64,000 nucleotides of DNA from Parafilimonas sp. (GCF_047606085.1 NZ_JASGEX010000092.1:1631-65630); one strand, 5' to 3'; counted from the stretch's first letter, positions 29,201-38,241 are shown. Numbers and translations are program-made. The notes: generated from the sequence alone by a model not told the origin.

Positions 29201-30367
29201 CATCCCAAGAATGCCGGCAATAAAATAGCCGGTTGTATTTCTTGCCAGGAACCAGTCGCGCAAGGGATCCTGCAGGCTAAACAAGGTTATAAAAGATAAA
29301 CCGGTAATCACCATTACGGCCGGAAGTATTAGCTGGTCAGCATGTTTAAACCACACGCTCATAATTATATGCAATAAGAGAAATCCTGCAATAAAAGAAA
29401 TGGAGATGATCCAGAACCATTGCATTACTTCATCCGGGGTTCTTACAATAAACGCTTTTTCTTTTTTTAATGAACTGAAATCTTTTGTTGAAAAAAGTTT
29501 TAAGCGATGCGGTGAACGGTAGAAATTAAACGATGCATCATGGTCTAATTTTTCTATGCCCTGCGCATAACCGAAAGCATAATTCATTTGCAGCGGAAGC
29601 ACCTGGTAGGTTTTGTTGTCCGGAAGGTTTTTGAAAGAGAAACGGCCCTTTGCATCTGTTTGTGTATAGGCAATCAACGATTGCAGCTGTTTATTGTTTA
29701 ATGAATCAACGGCATAGGTTTTTCTTACCGTGATGGTACTCTGCTGCAGCATGCTGTCAATCTCTTCCACGGTATTGCTGTATAAACTATCCTGCGGTAA
29801 AACCAGTTGCAGACGAACAATAACATTTGGCACAGCAGCGCCCGCCTCCTGTATTAACCCGTTAATGCTATGGCTGCCTGCATGCAGATCGTTAACTGAA
29901 TTAATGGCGGAAGCATTTTTCTGCTGCCATGCAAACAGCGCACTGTCTTTACCGGTTATGCCCAGGGCCATTCTTTCGCTCCTTACTCTTTTCTTAAAAG
30001 ATTCGCCGCCCTGCGCCAGGGCTGTTTCTGCGGGAACACTGTATTGTTTTTTATTGAGATCGCCTATATTATCTATTGCAACGCTGTCTGCCAGCCTGGA
30101 CTTTTCAAAAGTTGAACTAATCAGGTTAATATCTTTTTCATCGCTGAAGTAACGGCCCTTTTGCAGCAGCATTTGCATGTTCCTGGCATAGTGTGCATCA
30201 TTCAGGTTAATCATTGTGCCATTTTTCACACGTTCCGGAACGTCTTTAAAACCGGCATGTATAACCAGGTACATTTTATAAAAAAGCACAGCCATTACCG
30301 CAGCTATCAGCAGCAAGAAAATTCTTTCCGTATTCCTGTTTATATGCGGGCCTGCTTTTGCATTCAT
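26219..30367 (-). CDS. SEDS glycosyltransferase (RodA/FtsW) fused to class B penicillin-binding transpeptidase
   Basis: FQPSEIVK, GDLG, AHTDM..GEEFG, LPFMSYGGSS; then GSTAK (SxxK), SNN (SxN), KTG. Confidence 0.92.
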   Translation of the reverse strand: MNAKAGPHINRNTERIFLLLIAAVMAVLFYKMYLVIHAGFKDVPERVKNGTMINLNDAHYARNMQMLLQKGRYFSDEKDINLISSTFEKSRLADSVAIDNIGDLNKKQYSVPAETALAQGGESFKKRVRSERMALGITGKDSALFAWQQKNASAINSVNDLHAGSHSINGLIQEAGAAVPNVIVRLQLVLPQDSLYSNTVEEIDSMLQQSTITVRKTYAVDSLNNKQLQSLIAYTQTDAKGRFSFKNLPDNKTYQVLPLQMNYAFGYAQGIEKLDHDASFNFYRSPHRLKLFSTKDFSSLKKEKAFIVRTPDEVMQWFWIISISFIAGFLLLHIIMSVWFKHADQLILPAVMVITGLSFITLFSLQDPLRDWFLARNTTGYFIAGILGMILLLLFDLKRFTTDSKRYRLFVFSKMKLASNGWPWAVIASGLLAMTLMFGTGPEGSGVKVNLFGFQPSEIVKFVIVFFLAGFFATNEKFISSYFTWTKRSRFFVFALVAILATIFLFLMLGDLGPAMVCCFTFIILFSFSRGDFLHIIISVLFYVLAVWLLDNVLTATAVTAVFFVIYTLAVTKKLSESSVMALVVIAAFLLLDTIPLIAQYFPGPMERLIDRKAIWQDPWNNEVFGGDQIANGIWAMSSGGVTGQGAGEGFAKTIPEAHTDMILPAMGEEFGFMGIISVFIVFFIYLHRSIVIGRHSGRPFLFYICSGIGIATFVQFLLIAGGSVGALPLSGVALPFMSYGGSSLIVNMLAAGFLLSASTVQGSPVQMKFISQQQDKNLMPALMAACAGIVLLGVSVSKYLFNNTQWIVQPALVADRSGARMFSYNPRISILMNRLQAGNLLDRNGRILATSHQDLINTQRDSLLALNIPEEDINAMFYKRQDRYYPFGAQMFFWTGDANTNVFNGASNGYFAEYCEAAEMRGFPVPKNSFSVSATRFHEQRFLPETSTEMSVEKKDYSALAPLLIAGINSAAVDAFKNKNRDVHLTLDAALQTRIQQSLQSDDSLVNNRVSVVVMEDKTGDVLASANYPLPPVNDWDQLNLSPQQQNELPGWITDNDIGFTIASQPGSTAKLVTALAAFNKLGLAAAKKIIKVYPADLIRTKGYEPDEAGNINIERAIVRSNNSFFIRLANESQLQEYMGDLYLKSGMFLHGVGGYYYDYDMNNKKQEEAWKNIWRKTEFASLKTYNPSNIRRTRGKGISGMAWGQGELIATPAAVARVASGIANNGTMMQSRYVLKVSGKQTKLAPGIELTNDSASKLMTKYMIEQSLPKVSKLGISVAGKTGTPERIVKNERVNDGLYVFFAPNPKDSGNIVVCVRIESCQGSSVAVKLAGKHVVPVLEQMGYIKGFGEDKKKPVKKEPVIAKQQLAVNRDQPNTNNQQ

Positions 30368-31791
30368 CTTTCGTGAACAATGGTTTTAGCGGAATCAATT
30401 TTTAATAAAGCGCTGTCTGAAATAACGCCGGATACATATATATCACCGGGCAGGCTTACAGCATACAAAACAGGCGCAATACAGTTTTTAAACCGTACAT
30501 CTTTTAAATGCACAGACGTATTGCGGGCAATGAATGCTGTATTAAAGCTTTGAAATGTTATACTGTCGAGCAGCACATATTTGCATTGCGGGAAGAAAAT
30601 AAAAGCTGCTTCGTTATAACCTGAATCGGCAACGAATGTGGCATTATTGCCGTGAATAATCAGCGTATCTGCCTTTATAAGCAATGAATCGTTTATAACG
30701 ATTTTAGGGTTATTGCCAAAAAGGGTTCTTAATGAAATAATATTTGATTTCGAGTTCCTTATGCTGTCTGATAATTGTACAACCTGGCTGTTTCTTGCAA
30801 CCGCAGGTTCATCTGCAATAACGGTTTGTGTATTATCTTTTATAAAATAATCCTTGTAAATAAACCAGGCAAGCGCAGCGAGCAGCAGCAGGAAAAGCAC
30901 TATCAAAAAACGAGCGCCTGCGCCGCTGCTTTTCTTAACCGCCACTTCCTTCTGAATGTATTCCACGCGCTGTGGTTCTGTAATTACTTCCTCCGCACCT
31001 GCCTTCTTTACAACGGGCCTGGTTGCTTCATACTGTGAAGGCGATTTATCATTCTTAATTAAAACAACGGTTATATTATCTTTTCCGCCGGCAAGATTGG
31101 CGGCATCAATTAAAGCGGCAGATTTTTCTTTCAGGCTGTGCGATGAACTTAAAATGCCGGCGATGGTGCGGCTGTTAATCATATCATACAGGCCATCGCT
31201 GCAGAGCAATAAAGTATCACCCGGCAAAAAAGGTGATTCGCCTGTTTCAATATAATCTGATTCCAAAAATTTTTCTTCATCAAAGCCCAATGCTTTATTG
31301 ATTTCATTTCGTTTGGGATGGCTCATCGCGGCTTCTTCCGTTAAGCGGCCGCTTTCCTCCAAAAAGCCGACAAAGGAATGATCATGCGTAACCTTTACCA
31401 GCGAGTTATCACGAAAGAGATATAATCTTGTATCGCCCACATGCGCGTAATAAAATTTGTTTTCATTTATATCAGCCAGTGCAAGCGTTACCACGCAAGC
31501 CATTTGGGCATGTTCCGCGCTTGTTTGTTTTTTTTCAACAATCTTTTTACTTGCCCCGGCCATTGCGGTTTTCAGTATATCAATTATATCGCCCGAAGCG
31601 TTTTTTAATGTATTAAGAATAGCTGTACGGGCAAGCGCTGCCGCCACTTCACCGCCTTCATATCCGCCCACACCGTCAATAACACAGCCAACAATATATT
31701 TATCATGTACGATCGTCTGGGCAATAAAGTTATCTTCATTATTGTCGCGCATTTTGCCTGTATCCGTATTGCCGTAAAAGTTATCAGCCAT
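30364..31791 (-). CDS. PP2C/PstP-like Ser/Thr phosphatase with TM and periplasmic beta-helix-like domain
   Basis: RDNNED, DGVGG, VGDTR, CSDGL, GGKDNIT; one TM. Confidence 0.92.
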   Translation of the reverse strand: MADNFYGNTDTGKMRDNNEDNFIAQTIVHDKYIVGCVIDGVGGYEGGEVAAALARTAILNTLKNASGDIIDILKTAMAGASKKIVEKKQTSAEHAQMACVVTLALADINENKFYYAHVGDTRLYLFRDNSLVKVTHDHSFVGFLEESGRLTEEAAMSHPKRNEINKALGFDEEKFLESDYIETGESPFLPGDTLLLCSDGLYDMINSRTIAGILSSSHSLKEKSAALIDAANLAGGKDNITVVLIKNDKSPSQYEATRPVVKKAGAEEVITEPQRVEYIQKEVAVKKSSGAGARFLIVLFLLLLAALAWFIYKDYFIKDNTQTVIADEPAVARNSQVVQLSDSIRNSKSNIISLRTLFGNNPKIVINDSLLIKADTLIIHGNNATFVADSGYNEAAFIFFPQCKYVLLDSITFQSFNTAFIARNTSVHLKDVRFKNCIAPVLYAVSLPGDIYVSGVISDSALLKIDSAKTIVHER

Positions 31792-31885
31792 CGTTCCTGT
31801 GCGTTTTTTTTACATCGCGAAAATTCGCAGCCAGCAGCAACAGGCAAACAATAAACAGCGATGATGAAAGAATGATATTTAGCAT
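31784..31885 (-). CDS. Small 33-aa single-pass membrane protein (not in ORF track)
   Basis: MLNIILSSSLFIVCLLLLAANFRDVKKTHRNDG; its stop overlaps the PP2C start (ATGGCTGA). Confidence 0.55.
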   Translation of the reverse strand: MLNIILSSSLFIVCLLLLAANFRDVKKTHRNDG

Positions 31886-31910
31886 GGTTGATGTTTTTTG
31901 AACATTTTTT

Positions 31911-32095
31911 TCGTCAAACGTGAATCGTCAAACGTGAATGTAACAATGTTCATTTTTTTATATTCCCAATTGATATTTATACTTCGAATTATCAAATTAC
32001 TTTAAACAGACTGCCTTCAACACCTAAAATATTTTGACTGCTGCATTCCAAAAAACCTTTCAGGGTTTTCACGTTTGACGATTGACGTTTCACGT
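31911..32095. repeat. Inverted heptamer arrays (TCGTCAA/ACGTGAA)x2 ... TTCACGT/TTGACGA/TTGACGT/TTCACGT around a 129-bp spacer
   Basis: 32068-32081 is the exact reverse complement of the 14-mer repeated at 31911 and 31925. Confidence 0.8.
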
Positions 32096-33049
32096 TCATG
32101 ATTTAAAAATATTCACGCCCACAATACCATTCAGCACAATACGTGAATTAAGCGGCAACGGAACCCATACCGGGTTATCCATATCGCTCGCCACTACTTC
32201 ATTTTCATTCACCAGCGTTTTTTCCCCAAAAGAAGCGAGATAAAATTTATGGTCATCCTTATTAAATTTCACGCGCAAATGCGGCGTATTCACCCATTCT
32301 GACGGTATGCGGAAAATATCTTCCTTATCAGCAGCTTCATCCTTACCTGAAATAAGCACATCCGGTTCGCGCATGTAATATTCAATTTTTTTCCCTGCAA
32401 ATTCTTTATCAGGCACAATCGTCTCAAACCTTGCAAGGAGCTTAGGCGCACCGTTTTTTACAACTGTATCCTGCATGCGGAAATGCGGGTTGTAAGCAAT
32501 TTCATAATAGCCGTCGCTGTAAAAGATAAAGCCATCCAGTAATTCGGGGTTTACATCAAAGGTTTCCGCAATACCCGTTTGCCTTGGAATGAAAGTAACG
32601 CGCACACTTTCTTTTTTCTGCTGCAGGCTGCCTGGCATTAGTTTGCCGATTACACTTTTATCGCCGGGCAAATATTCAGGATGCGCTGCAAAACGAAACA
32701 CCCATTTATTGGAAGCCGGCGCTACTATTTTTCCTTCATTGTGGCAGCGTTCGAGAATATTGTAAAACTGTTTTATACATTCCTGTACAATCAGCCCGAA
32801 AATGCCTTTTTTATTTTGCGCGAACTGGTTGTAATCATCTTCATTAAAACACACGATGTATTCATGAAAGAAAACAACGCGGTTAGCGAATGAGAGCTCT
32901 TTTATGGAATCTTCAAATCGCTGAACAATATATTTATATACATCAGCAGCAGTAAGCGGCTGCGTTTGTTTTACATTATAGGTTGCTTCACGTTTAAGGA
33001 ACCATTCGTGAAAGCCCATGCGCTGCCAGAAAGAAGTTTTAGTTTTCAT
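32096..33049 (-). CDS. FhaA-like protein: DUF3662-like N-domain plus degenerate FHA-like C-domain
   Basis: FFHEYIVCFNEDDY resembles the FhaA N-domain; the C-terminal beta-rich region lacks canonical GR/SxxH; operon context. Confidence 0.55.
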   Translation of the reverse strand: MKTKTSFWQRMGFHEWFLKREATYNVKQTQPLTAADVYKYIVQRFEDSIKELSFANRVVFFHEYIVCFNEDDYNQFAQNKKGIFGLIVQECIKQFYNILERCHNEGKIVAPASNKWVFRFAAHPEYLPGDKSVIGKLMPGSLQQKKESVRVTFIPRQTGIAETFDVNPELLDGFIFYSDGYYEIAYNPHFRMQDTVVKNGAPKLLARFETIVPDKEFAGKKIEYYMREPDVLISGKDEAADKEDIFRIPSEWVNTPHLRVKFNKDDHKFYLASFGEKTLVNENEVVASDMDNPVWVPLPLNSRIVLNGIVGVNIFKS

Positions 33050-33505
33050 CTAATCTTTATTTTTTTTACCGAAAAGCCTCTTAAAAAAGCCGGGTTTTTT
33101 TTCAGGCTCTTTATTTTGAGGCGCCGGATTTACCGTTCTTTTCACTTTACGCTCTGCTGCAAGGCCCTGGTTTAATACAGCCGTATCGCTTGCCAAAACA
33201 TTTATTATATGACCGTTGTATTGCTGAACATGCTGAGCGTTATTCAGCCAGATGGCATGCGATTCACTGTGCAAAACCTGTTTATTGCCAAGCGTAGCAG
33301 GCTCTTTGCCGGAAGCCACAAACAGCGAATCCCAGGTTTGGCCGCCGTCTAAAGAATAGATATATTCTTTATTCCCAACATCGTAATATATATTTTTCTC
33401 CGGATAATAATGAAATTCATAGTCTTTCTGCAAAACACTGTTACAGGAAGAAGCCATTAAAATAAAAGCCGTAGAAAAACAAAACAGTATGGCAGATTGT
33501 TTCAT
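33050..33505 (-). CDS. Hypothetical lipoprotein
   Basis: Lipobox MASSC; basic amphipathic tail KKPGFFKRLFGKK; stop abuts the next start. Confidence 0.7.
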   Translation of the reverse strand: MKQSAILFCFSTAFILMASSCNSVLQKDYEFHYYPEKNIYYDVGNKEYIYSLDGGQTWDSLFVASGKEPATLGNKQVLHSESHAIWLNNAQHVQQYNGHIINVLASDTAVLNQGLAAERKVKRTVNPAPQNKEPEKKPGFFKRLFGKKNKD

Positions 33506-33670
33506 GCACAAGGTTTATCTCAAAGATTATTCCACTAAAACGAAAATTATAAGAAATACTTATACGGACAAACTTTCAGAACTGTTAGAAGAAATGTAAT
33601 TTATGAAAAAAGGGAACAATACGCAAACCCTCAAAGTTTTTTGCGTTTGGCGATTTATACAAGCCGCTCA

Positions 33671-36286
33671 TCATCTTATTAAAACAAAAGTGCCCTTTTT
33701 AAAGTAAGGCTTGTTATTATAATCTGTTGCCGCCACAACGTAAACGTAAGTGCCGCTTGGTTGTTTATTGCCATTGTATGTGCCATCCCAGCCTTTGTTT
33801 GGCGTTCCGGTATTGAAAAGCAACTGGCCCCAGCGGTTATAAATTCTCAGGTAGGAAAACTGTTTCATCCCGGCAACTGTTATTTTATATACATCGTTCA
33901 CACCATCTCCATTGGGTGTAAAAGCTGTGGGTATAAATACTTCGGGGCCTGTTTCAAAAATATATATCTTAATGCTGTCGTAACTGTAGCAGCCTTCCGG
34001 CGTGCTTACCTTCACGCTGTATGTAACCGTATCGGGCCCGTCTGTAAATGTTGCAACCGGATTGGCTATAAACGGATTGCTTAAATTAGATGAGGGTGAC
34101 CATTCATAATTGGTGCCGCCTGTTGCATTAAGCTGCAATGGCTGCTGCCTTACAATAACCGTATCGTTACCGGCATCAGCAATTACTTTTGGAATAACGG
34201 TTACCACAACCGAATCGCTTACAGGTTTGGGGCAGCCAATTGTATCTGTTACCGACAGCACATACGTTGTTGTTGATTGCGGCCCGGCAATGGGCGATAA
34301 ACTTTCCGGATTAATAAGCGAGCTTACCGGCGCCCATGAAAAGACGGAGCCTTCAATGCTTGCATTCAACTGGGTTGTATTACCATAACAAATACTTACA
34401 TCGCTGCCGGCATCAGCAGTGGGATATGGCGCTACCGTTACGTTCATTGCATCTGTGGCCGTGCATTTTCCTACAGAAGCCGTAAGCGTATATTGTGTGC
34501 TTGACAAAGGAGCAGCCATGGGCGCCTTTGTGGTATCGCTGCTTAAGCCGTCTGCCGGCTGCCACAAAAAGTAAAGTGCATTGGTTGATGGCGTAATCTG
34601 TATGCTGTCGGTTTTACAGATAGCCGTATCGGCAGGCAGTTCCAGCAATACTTTATCAATAACATTCACGGTAACCGAGTCTTCTGCTTCGCAACCTTTA
34701 TAATTTACCGTGAGATTATAGACAGTGGTTTGTTTTGGGTAAACATAAGGATTGGCGGTATTGGCATCAATTATATTATATGCCGGCAGCCAGCTAAATG
34801 TGGCGCCGGCTGTGGTGGAAGATGCATTCAGCCTTAGCGTGTCAATGCTGCAGATAAGCGTATCCCTGAAGCCGAGAGATACATCGGGACCGGTGCTAAC
34901 ATCAAGCGCTTTGGTAGCAGTGTCTATGCAACCTTTGGAACTGGTTGAGATCAATGTTATTGTTTTTTGCCCGGTATCTGTATAATTATAAACAGGGTTT
35001 TGGATGGTATCGTCCAATGTGCCGGTTTCGCCAAAATACCATTTCCATGAATCCACATAACCATATTTTGTGGTGGTGAGGTCTGTGAAATTGTATGGAT
35101 TGAAGATGCAACTGCCATCAATGGAAAAATCTGTGGCAAAGCCCGGGTAAATTTTCACTTCCGTTTCTGCGGAATCTTCGCAGCCGGCCGTGTTTTGCGC
35201 TTTTAGTTTAACCGTGTAAACGCCTGTATCAGGATAAGTATAGGTGGGCTGCGCTTCTGATGAAGTATCTGTGGTTAAAGTGGTAACGCCAAAATCCCAG
35301 AAATATGTATAGTCAGCGCTTGTGCCTGCCCCATTCACAAAGGTAAAATCAAAGCCATCGCAGGATATATAGGAAGAATCTAACCGGGCCCCGCCTGTTT
35401 TACAGTTAGAAACCTCAAGGTGCAATTCTTTTCTTGTATGCCCGATGTAAACACCGTTCCGGTATTCGTCAATGCAAACGGCAGCTACATAGGTGCCTGT
35501 GGTTGCAGGGGCGGTGCCGGAAAATATGCCGGTTGCCGGATCAATGGAAGCGGCCGAGCCAAGCGGCTGGGAACCTGAATACGGAGATGTATAGGAAATA
35601 GAACTGTATGGCGGCGCCGGGGGATCTTCTACTACGGGCTCTAACTCGGTGCCCCCGGTTAAGCCGCTGCATAATGAATATACGAGGGAATCGCCGTCTA
35701 TATCTTCCGCAGAAAAATCGAAGGAGAAAGGCGAGCTTACGCAAATGGCAGAAGCATCATTGAAGCTAAATACCGGGCTGTTATCCTCACTGTTGCTTCC
35801 GCCCGGTATGCTTAGGGTATAAGTTAGCCCAACTGTATTGGACGAAGGCACATTTTCAATGCCGGAAATGCGGCAGCACCGCTGCACCGTAAGCACATAA
35901 CCGCTTTCGTTTTCGGGAACGCCAATGGTGGTAGTATATACAGCCACAAGATAACATACATCGGGCGGGTTTTGAAAGCAGGGCCCGAAATCGCTTTTTG
36001 ATTCTTTAGACAAGCTTGTTTCAGCAACGTATTTAACCATTAAGGAAGACGTGGAATTACCGGCAAATACGGCAAGATAAATACCTGCATCCACCTTTTC
36101 GGCCTGGTCGCAATCAGAATACTGATAAAAGGAAATTTTGTAATTAAGCGTGCTGCCTGTTTTACCGGTATAGGTATATTTCATCCAGCCGCCTTTAAGA
36201 TGATCTGCATAGGATTTTTGTGCTGATAATAAACATACCAATACAAACAATAACTTAAAAATATGTAAATGCCTATGCCACGTCAT
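33671..36286 (-). CDS. PKD-domain surface protein with T9SS type B (gliding-motility-associated) C-terminal domain
   Basis: PKD WDFG/WYFG repeats; FIPTAFTPNGDGVND, IYNRWG, WDG, GTYVY, KGTFVLIR. Confidence 0.92.
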   Translation of the reverse strand: MTWHRHLHIFKLLFVLVCLLSAQKSYADHLKGGWMKYTYTGKTGSTLNYKISFYQYSDCDQAEKVDAGIYLAVFAGNSTSSLMVKYVAETSLSKESKSDFGPCFQNPPDVCYLVAVYTTTIGVPENESGYVLTVQRCCRISGIENVPSSNTVGLTYTLSIPGGSNSEDNSPVFSFNDASAICVSSPFSFDFSAEDIDGDSLVYSLCSGLTGGTELEPVVEDPPAPPYSSISYTSPYSGSQPLGSAASIDPATGIFSGTAPATTGTYVAAVCIDEYRNGVYIGHTRKELHLEVSNCKTGGARLDSSYISCDGFDFTFVNGAGTSADYTYFWDFGVTTLTTDTSSEAQPTYTYPDTGVYTVKLKAQNTAGCEDSAETEVKIYPGFATDFSIDGSCIFNPYNFTDLTTTKYGYVDSWKWYFGETGTLDDTIQNPVYNYTDTGQKTITLISTSSKGCIDTATKALDVSTGPDVSLGFRDTLICSIDTLRLNASSTTAGATFSWLPAYNIIDANTANPYVYPKQTTVYNLTVNYKGCEAEDSVTVNVIDKVLLELPADTAICKTDSIQITPSTNALYFLWQPADGLSSDTTKAPMAAPLSSTQYTLTASVGKCTATDAMNVTVAPYPTADAGSDVSICYGNTTQLNASIEGSVFSWAPVSSLINPESLSPIAGPQSTTTYVLSVTDTIGCPKPVSDSVVVTVIPKVIADAGNDTVIVRQQPLQLNATGGTNYEWSPSSNLSNPFIANPVATFTDGPDTVTYSVKVSTPEGCYSYDSIKIYIFETGPEVFIPTAFTPNGDGVNDVYKITVAGMKQFSYLRIYNRWGQLLFNTGTPNKGWDGTYNGNKQPSGTYVYVVAATDYNNKPYFKKGTFVLIR

Positions 36287-37079
36287 CTATAAAATTCTTC
36301 AATATTGCATTTAGCTTTTCCGGCGCTTCCAGCATGCTTGCATGCGCCATGTTTTTCATAATGTGAATGTATGCAATTTCAGGCTCATGCACCTGTTTTA
36401 AAACATCGCTCAAGGGGGCAGCCATATCTTCTTCCCCCAAAACAAATAAAACAGGCGATATATTGTTTCTGAGCAGATAGGTTTTATCTGCCCGGCCCAT
36501 CATGGCATAATAATACTGCTGCAGGTTTTCTTTTTTAAAATGCTTCCCGTCTTCAATTAAACGCTTTACCACTTCAGCATGTTTTTCCTTAAAAGCTGCG
36601 GTAAATAAATTGGGGGTGACCGTCTTTAAAAAAGCATAGCTTCCATAGGCTTCCATTATTTCAATGGCGCGTTGCCGGTTTTGTTTTTTCTCCTCATTAT
36701 CAGCATAAGCCGTTGAATGCACAAAGCCAAACGCTTTTAATTTATCAGCATATCGTTCAGCAAACGATAATGTAACATATCCGCCCATGCTGTGGCCAAG
36801 CATGATGCAACGGCCTATATTTTCATTTATAATTATTGCATAAACACTATCTGCCAGTTCATCAATGCTTAAGTTCCCTTTACCGGTTTTGAACAATCCC
36901 GATTCGCCGGAGCCGGGCAGATCGGGCACGATCAATTGAAAATAATCTTTTAAAAAATTAAACTGATTACGCCATATCGTATATGTTTCAGCAAACCCAT
37001 GCAATAATACCACAGGGAAACCTTCACCATAAACATGATATGACAAAACAATATTTTTATAAGCAATATTTTTTTTCAT
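36273..37079 (-). CDS. Alpha/beta hydrolase
   Basis: LLHGF, PDLPGSG, GHSMGG nucleophile, C-terminal His. Confidence 0.9.
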   Translation of the reverse strand: MKKNIAYKNIVLSYHVYGEGFPVVLLHGFAETYTIWRNQFNFLKDYFQLIVPDLPGSGESGLFKTGKGNLSIDELADSVYAIIINENIGRCIMLGHSMGGYVTLSFAERYADKLKAFGFVHSTAYADNEEKKQNRQRAIEIMEAYGSYAFLKTVTPNLFTAAFKEKHAEVVKRLIEDGKHFKKENLQQYYYAMMGRADKTYLLRNNISPVLFVLGEEDMAAPLSDVLKQVHEPEIAYIHIMKNMAHASMLEAPEKLNAILKNFIDDVA

Positions 37080-37080
37080 T

Positions 37081-38241
37081 TTAAGCTGCTTTCCGGTATT
37101 TATTGGAAAGGACTGCATAACGGTATAGTAATAAAACCACCACAGGCAGCAGGGCTATGTTTAGTTGCTGGGGTATGAAGAACCAGGTAACAATAAATAC
37201 GGCTGTGATAACGGCTATTATAAAAAAATAGTTACTTAACCAGGAAGGCTTTTTAATTAAACAAAACGCAACAGGCAAATTAAACGGCAAAGCCCAAACC
37301 AGGTTCATGTTATTTTTGCAAACTGTATGATCTGTTGCAAACCACATAAATAATAAAAGAACACCTATCAGGCCGGTTATATACAGCAGCAAAGCATCAG
37401 TAAAACTTGTTAGCTTATTAGCCCAGTTTGCTTTATGCCCGGACACGAAAAACAGGGCTATGGAAATTATGGCGAGTATAATAAGCGGAACATATTTGCC
37501 GGAGGATCTGTCTGCCTCATTTCCCTTTAATATAACCGTTGCATCTTTTGCCAAATACACGCCTTTATCTGTTGCCTCTGCCAGGCCCTTCATAAAAAAT
37601 GCAGGCATAAACATAGCTTCATCGTTTGAAACCACCTGGTCAACTCGGCTGCCAAGCAGGATGTCTATTCCCATTTTCGTCCAGTGCTGGCCGCCTCTTT
37701 CAAGATAATGGTGTATGAGGTCCCGTGCAGTGGTATTTTCAGGAACAATCTTATTCTGTATAACAGCGCCTTCAATATTTTTTAGCACAATATCCTTTAC
37801 CCTCGTTGTACAGTTGTCGAGCAGGAAATCGTATTTATAAAAACGGTTATTGCCCTGCATGTTGAAGCTAATGGCATCCATGATTTTTTGTTTTGAAGCA
37901 CTATCTATTTTTAATTCCTGCTCATACACGCTGCGGTGATCCTGTAAATATTCATACATGAAGTCGGGGAATGCATCGGCGGAGGAATAATACAACAGCT
38001 TGCCGCGCATAAACTTGAGATAGAAGTTAGGCTGGTCGAAAGTAAACCCGCCCCAGTTATATACCATATCCGTATGGTGCATGCTGTCAATGATGCGCAA
38101 TGCCGTATGGCCAAATAAGGAATACAATTCATCGCCCGGGCCGCAGGTTATAACGCTGATTCGCGTATGTGCACTATTAGCCTGGGCCTTAATAAAAGGT
38201 GAAATAAAAAGCAAACAAATGCCGATAATAAAACACTTCAT
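37081..38241 (-). CDS. lnb: DUF4105 protein / Bacteroidota lipoprotein N-acyltransferase Lnb-like
   Basis: YSLFGHTALRI, YNWG.F, YDFLLDNCTT, C-terminal multi-TM region. Confidence 0.7.
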   Translation of the reverse strand: MKCFIIGICLLFISPFIKAQANSAHTRISVITCGPGDELYSLFGHTALRIIDSMHHTDMVYNWGGFTFDQPNFYLKFMRGKLLYYSSADAFPDFMYEYLQDHRSVYEQELKIDSASKQKIMDAISFNMQGNNRFYKYDFLLDNCTTRVKDIVLKNIEGAVIQNKIVPENTTARDLIHHYLERGGQHWTKMGIDILLGSRVDQVVSNDEAMFMPAFFMKGLAEATDKGVYLAKDATVILKGNEADRSSGKYVPLIILAIISIALFFVSGHKANWANKLTSFTDALLLYITGLIGVLLLFMWFATDHTVCKNNMNLVWALPFNLPVAFCLIKKPSWLSNYFFIIAVITAVFIVTWFFIPQQLNIALLPVVVLLLYRYAVLSNKYRKAA

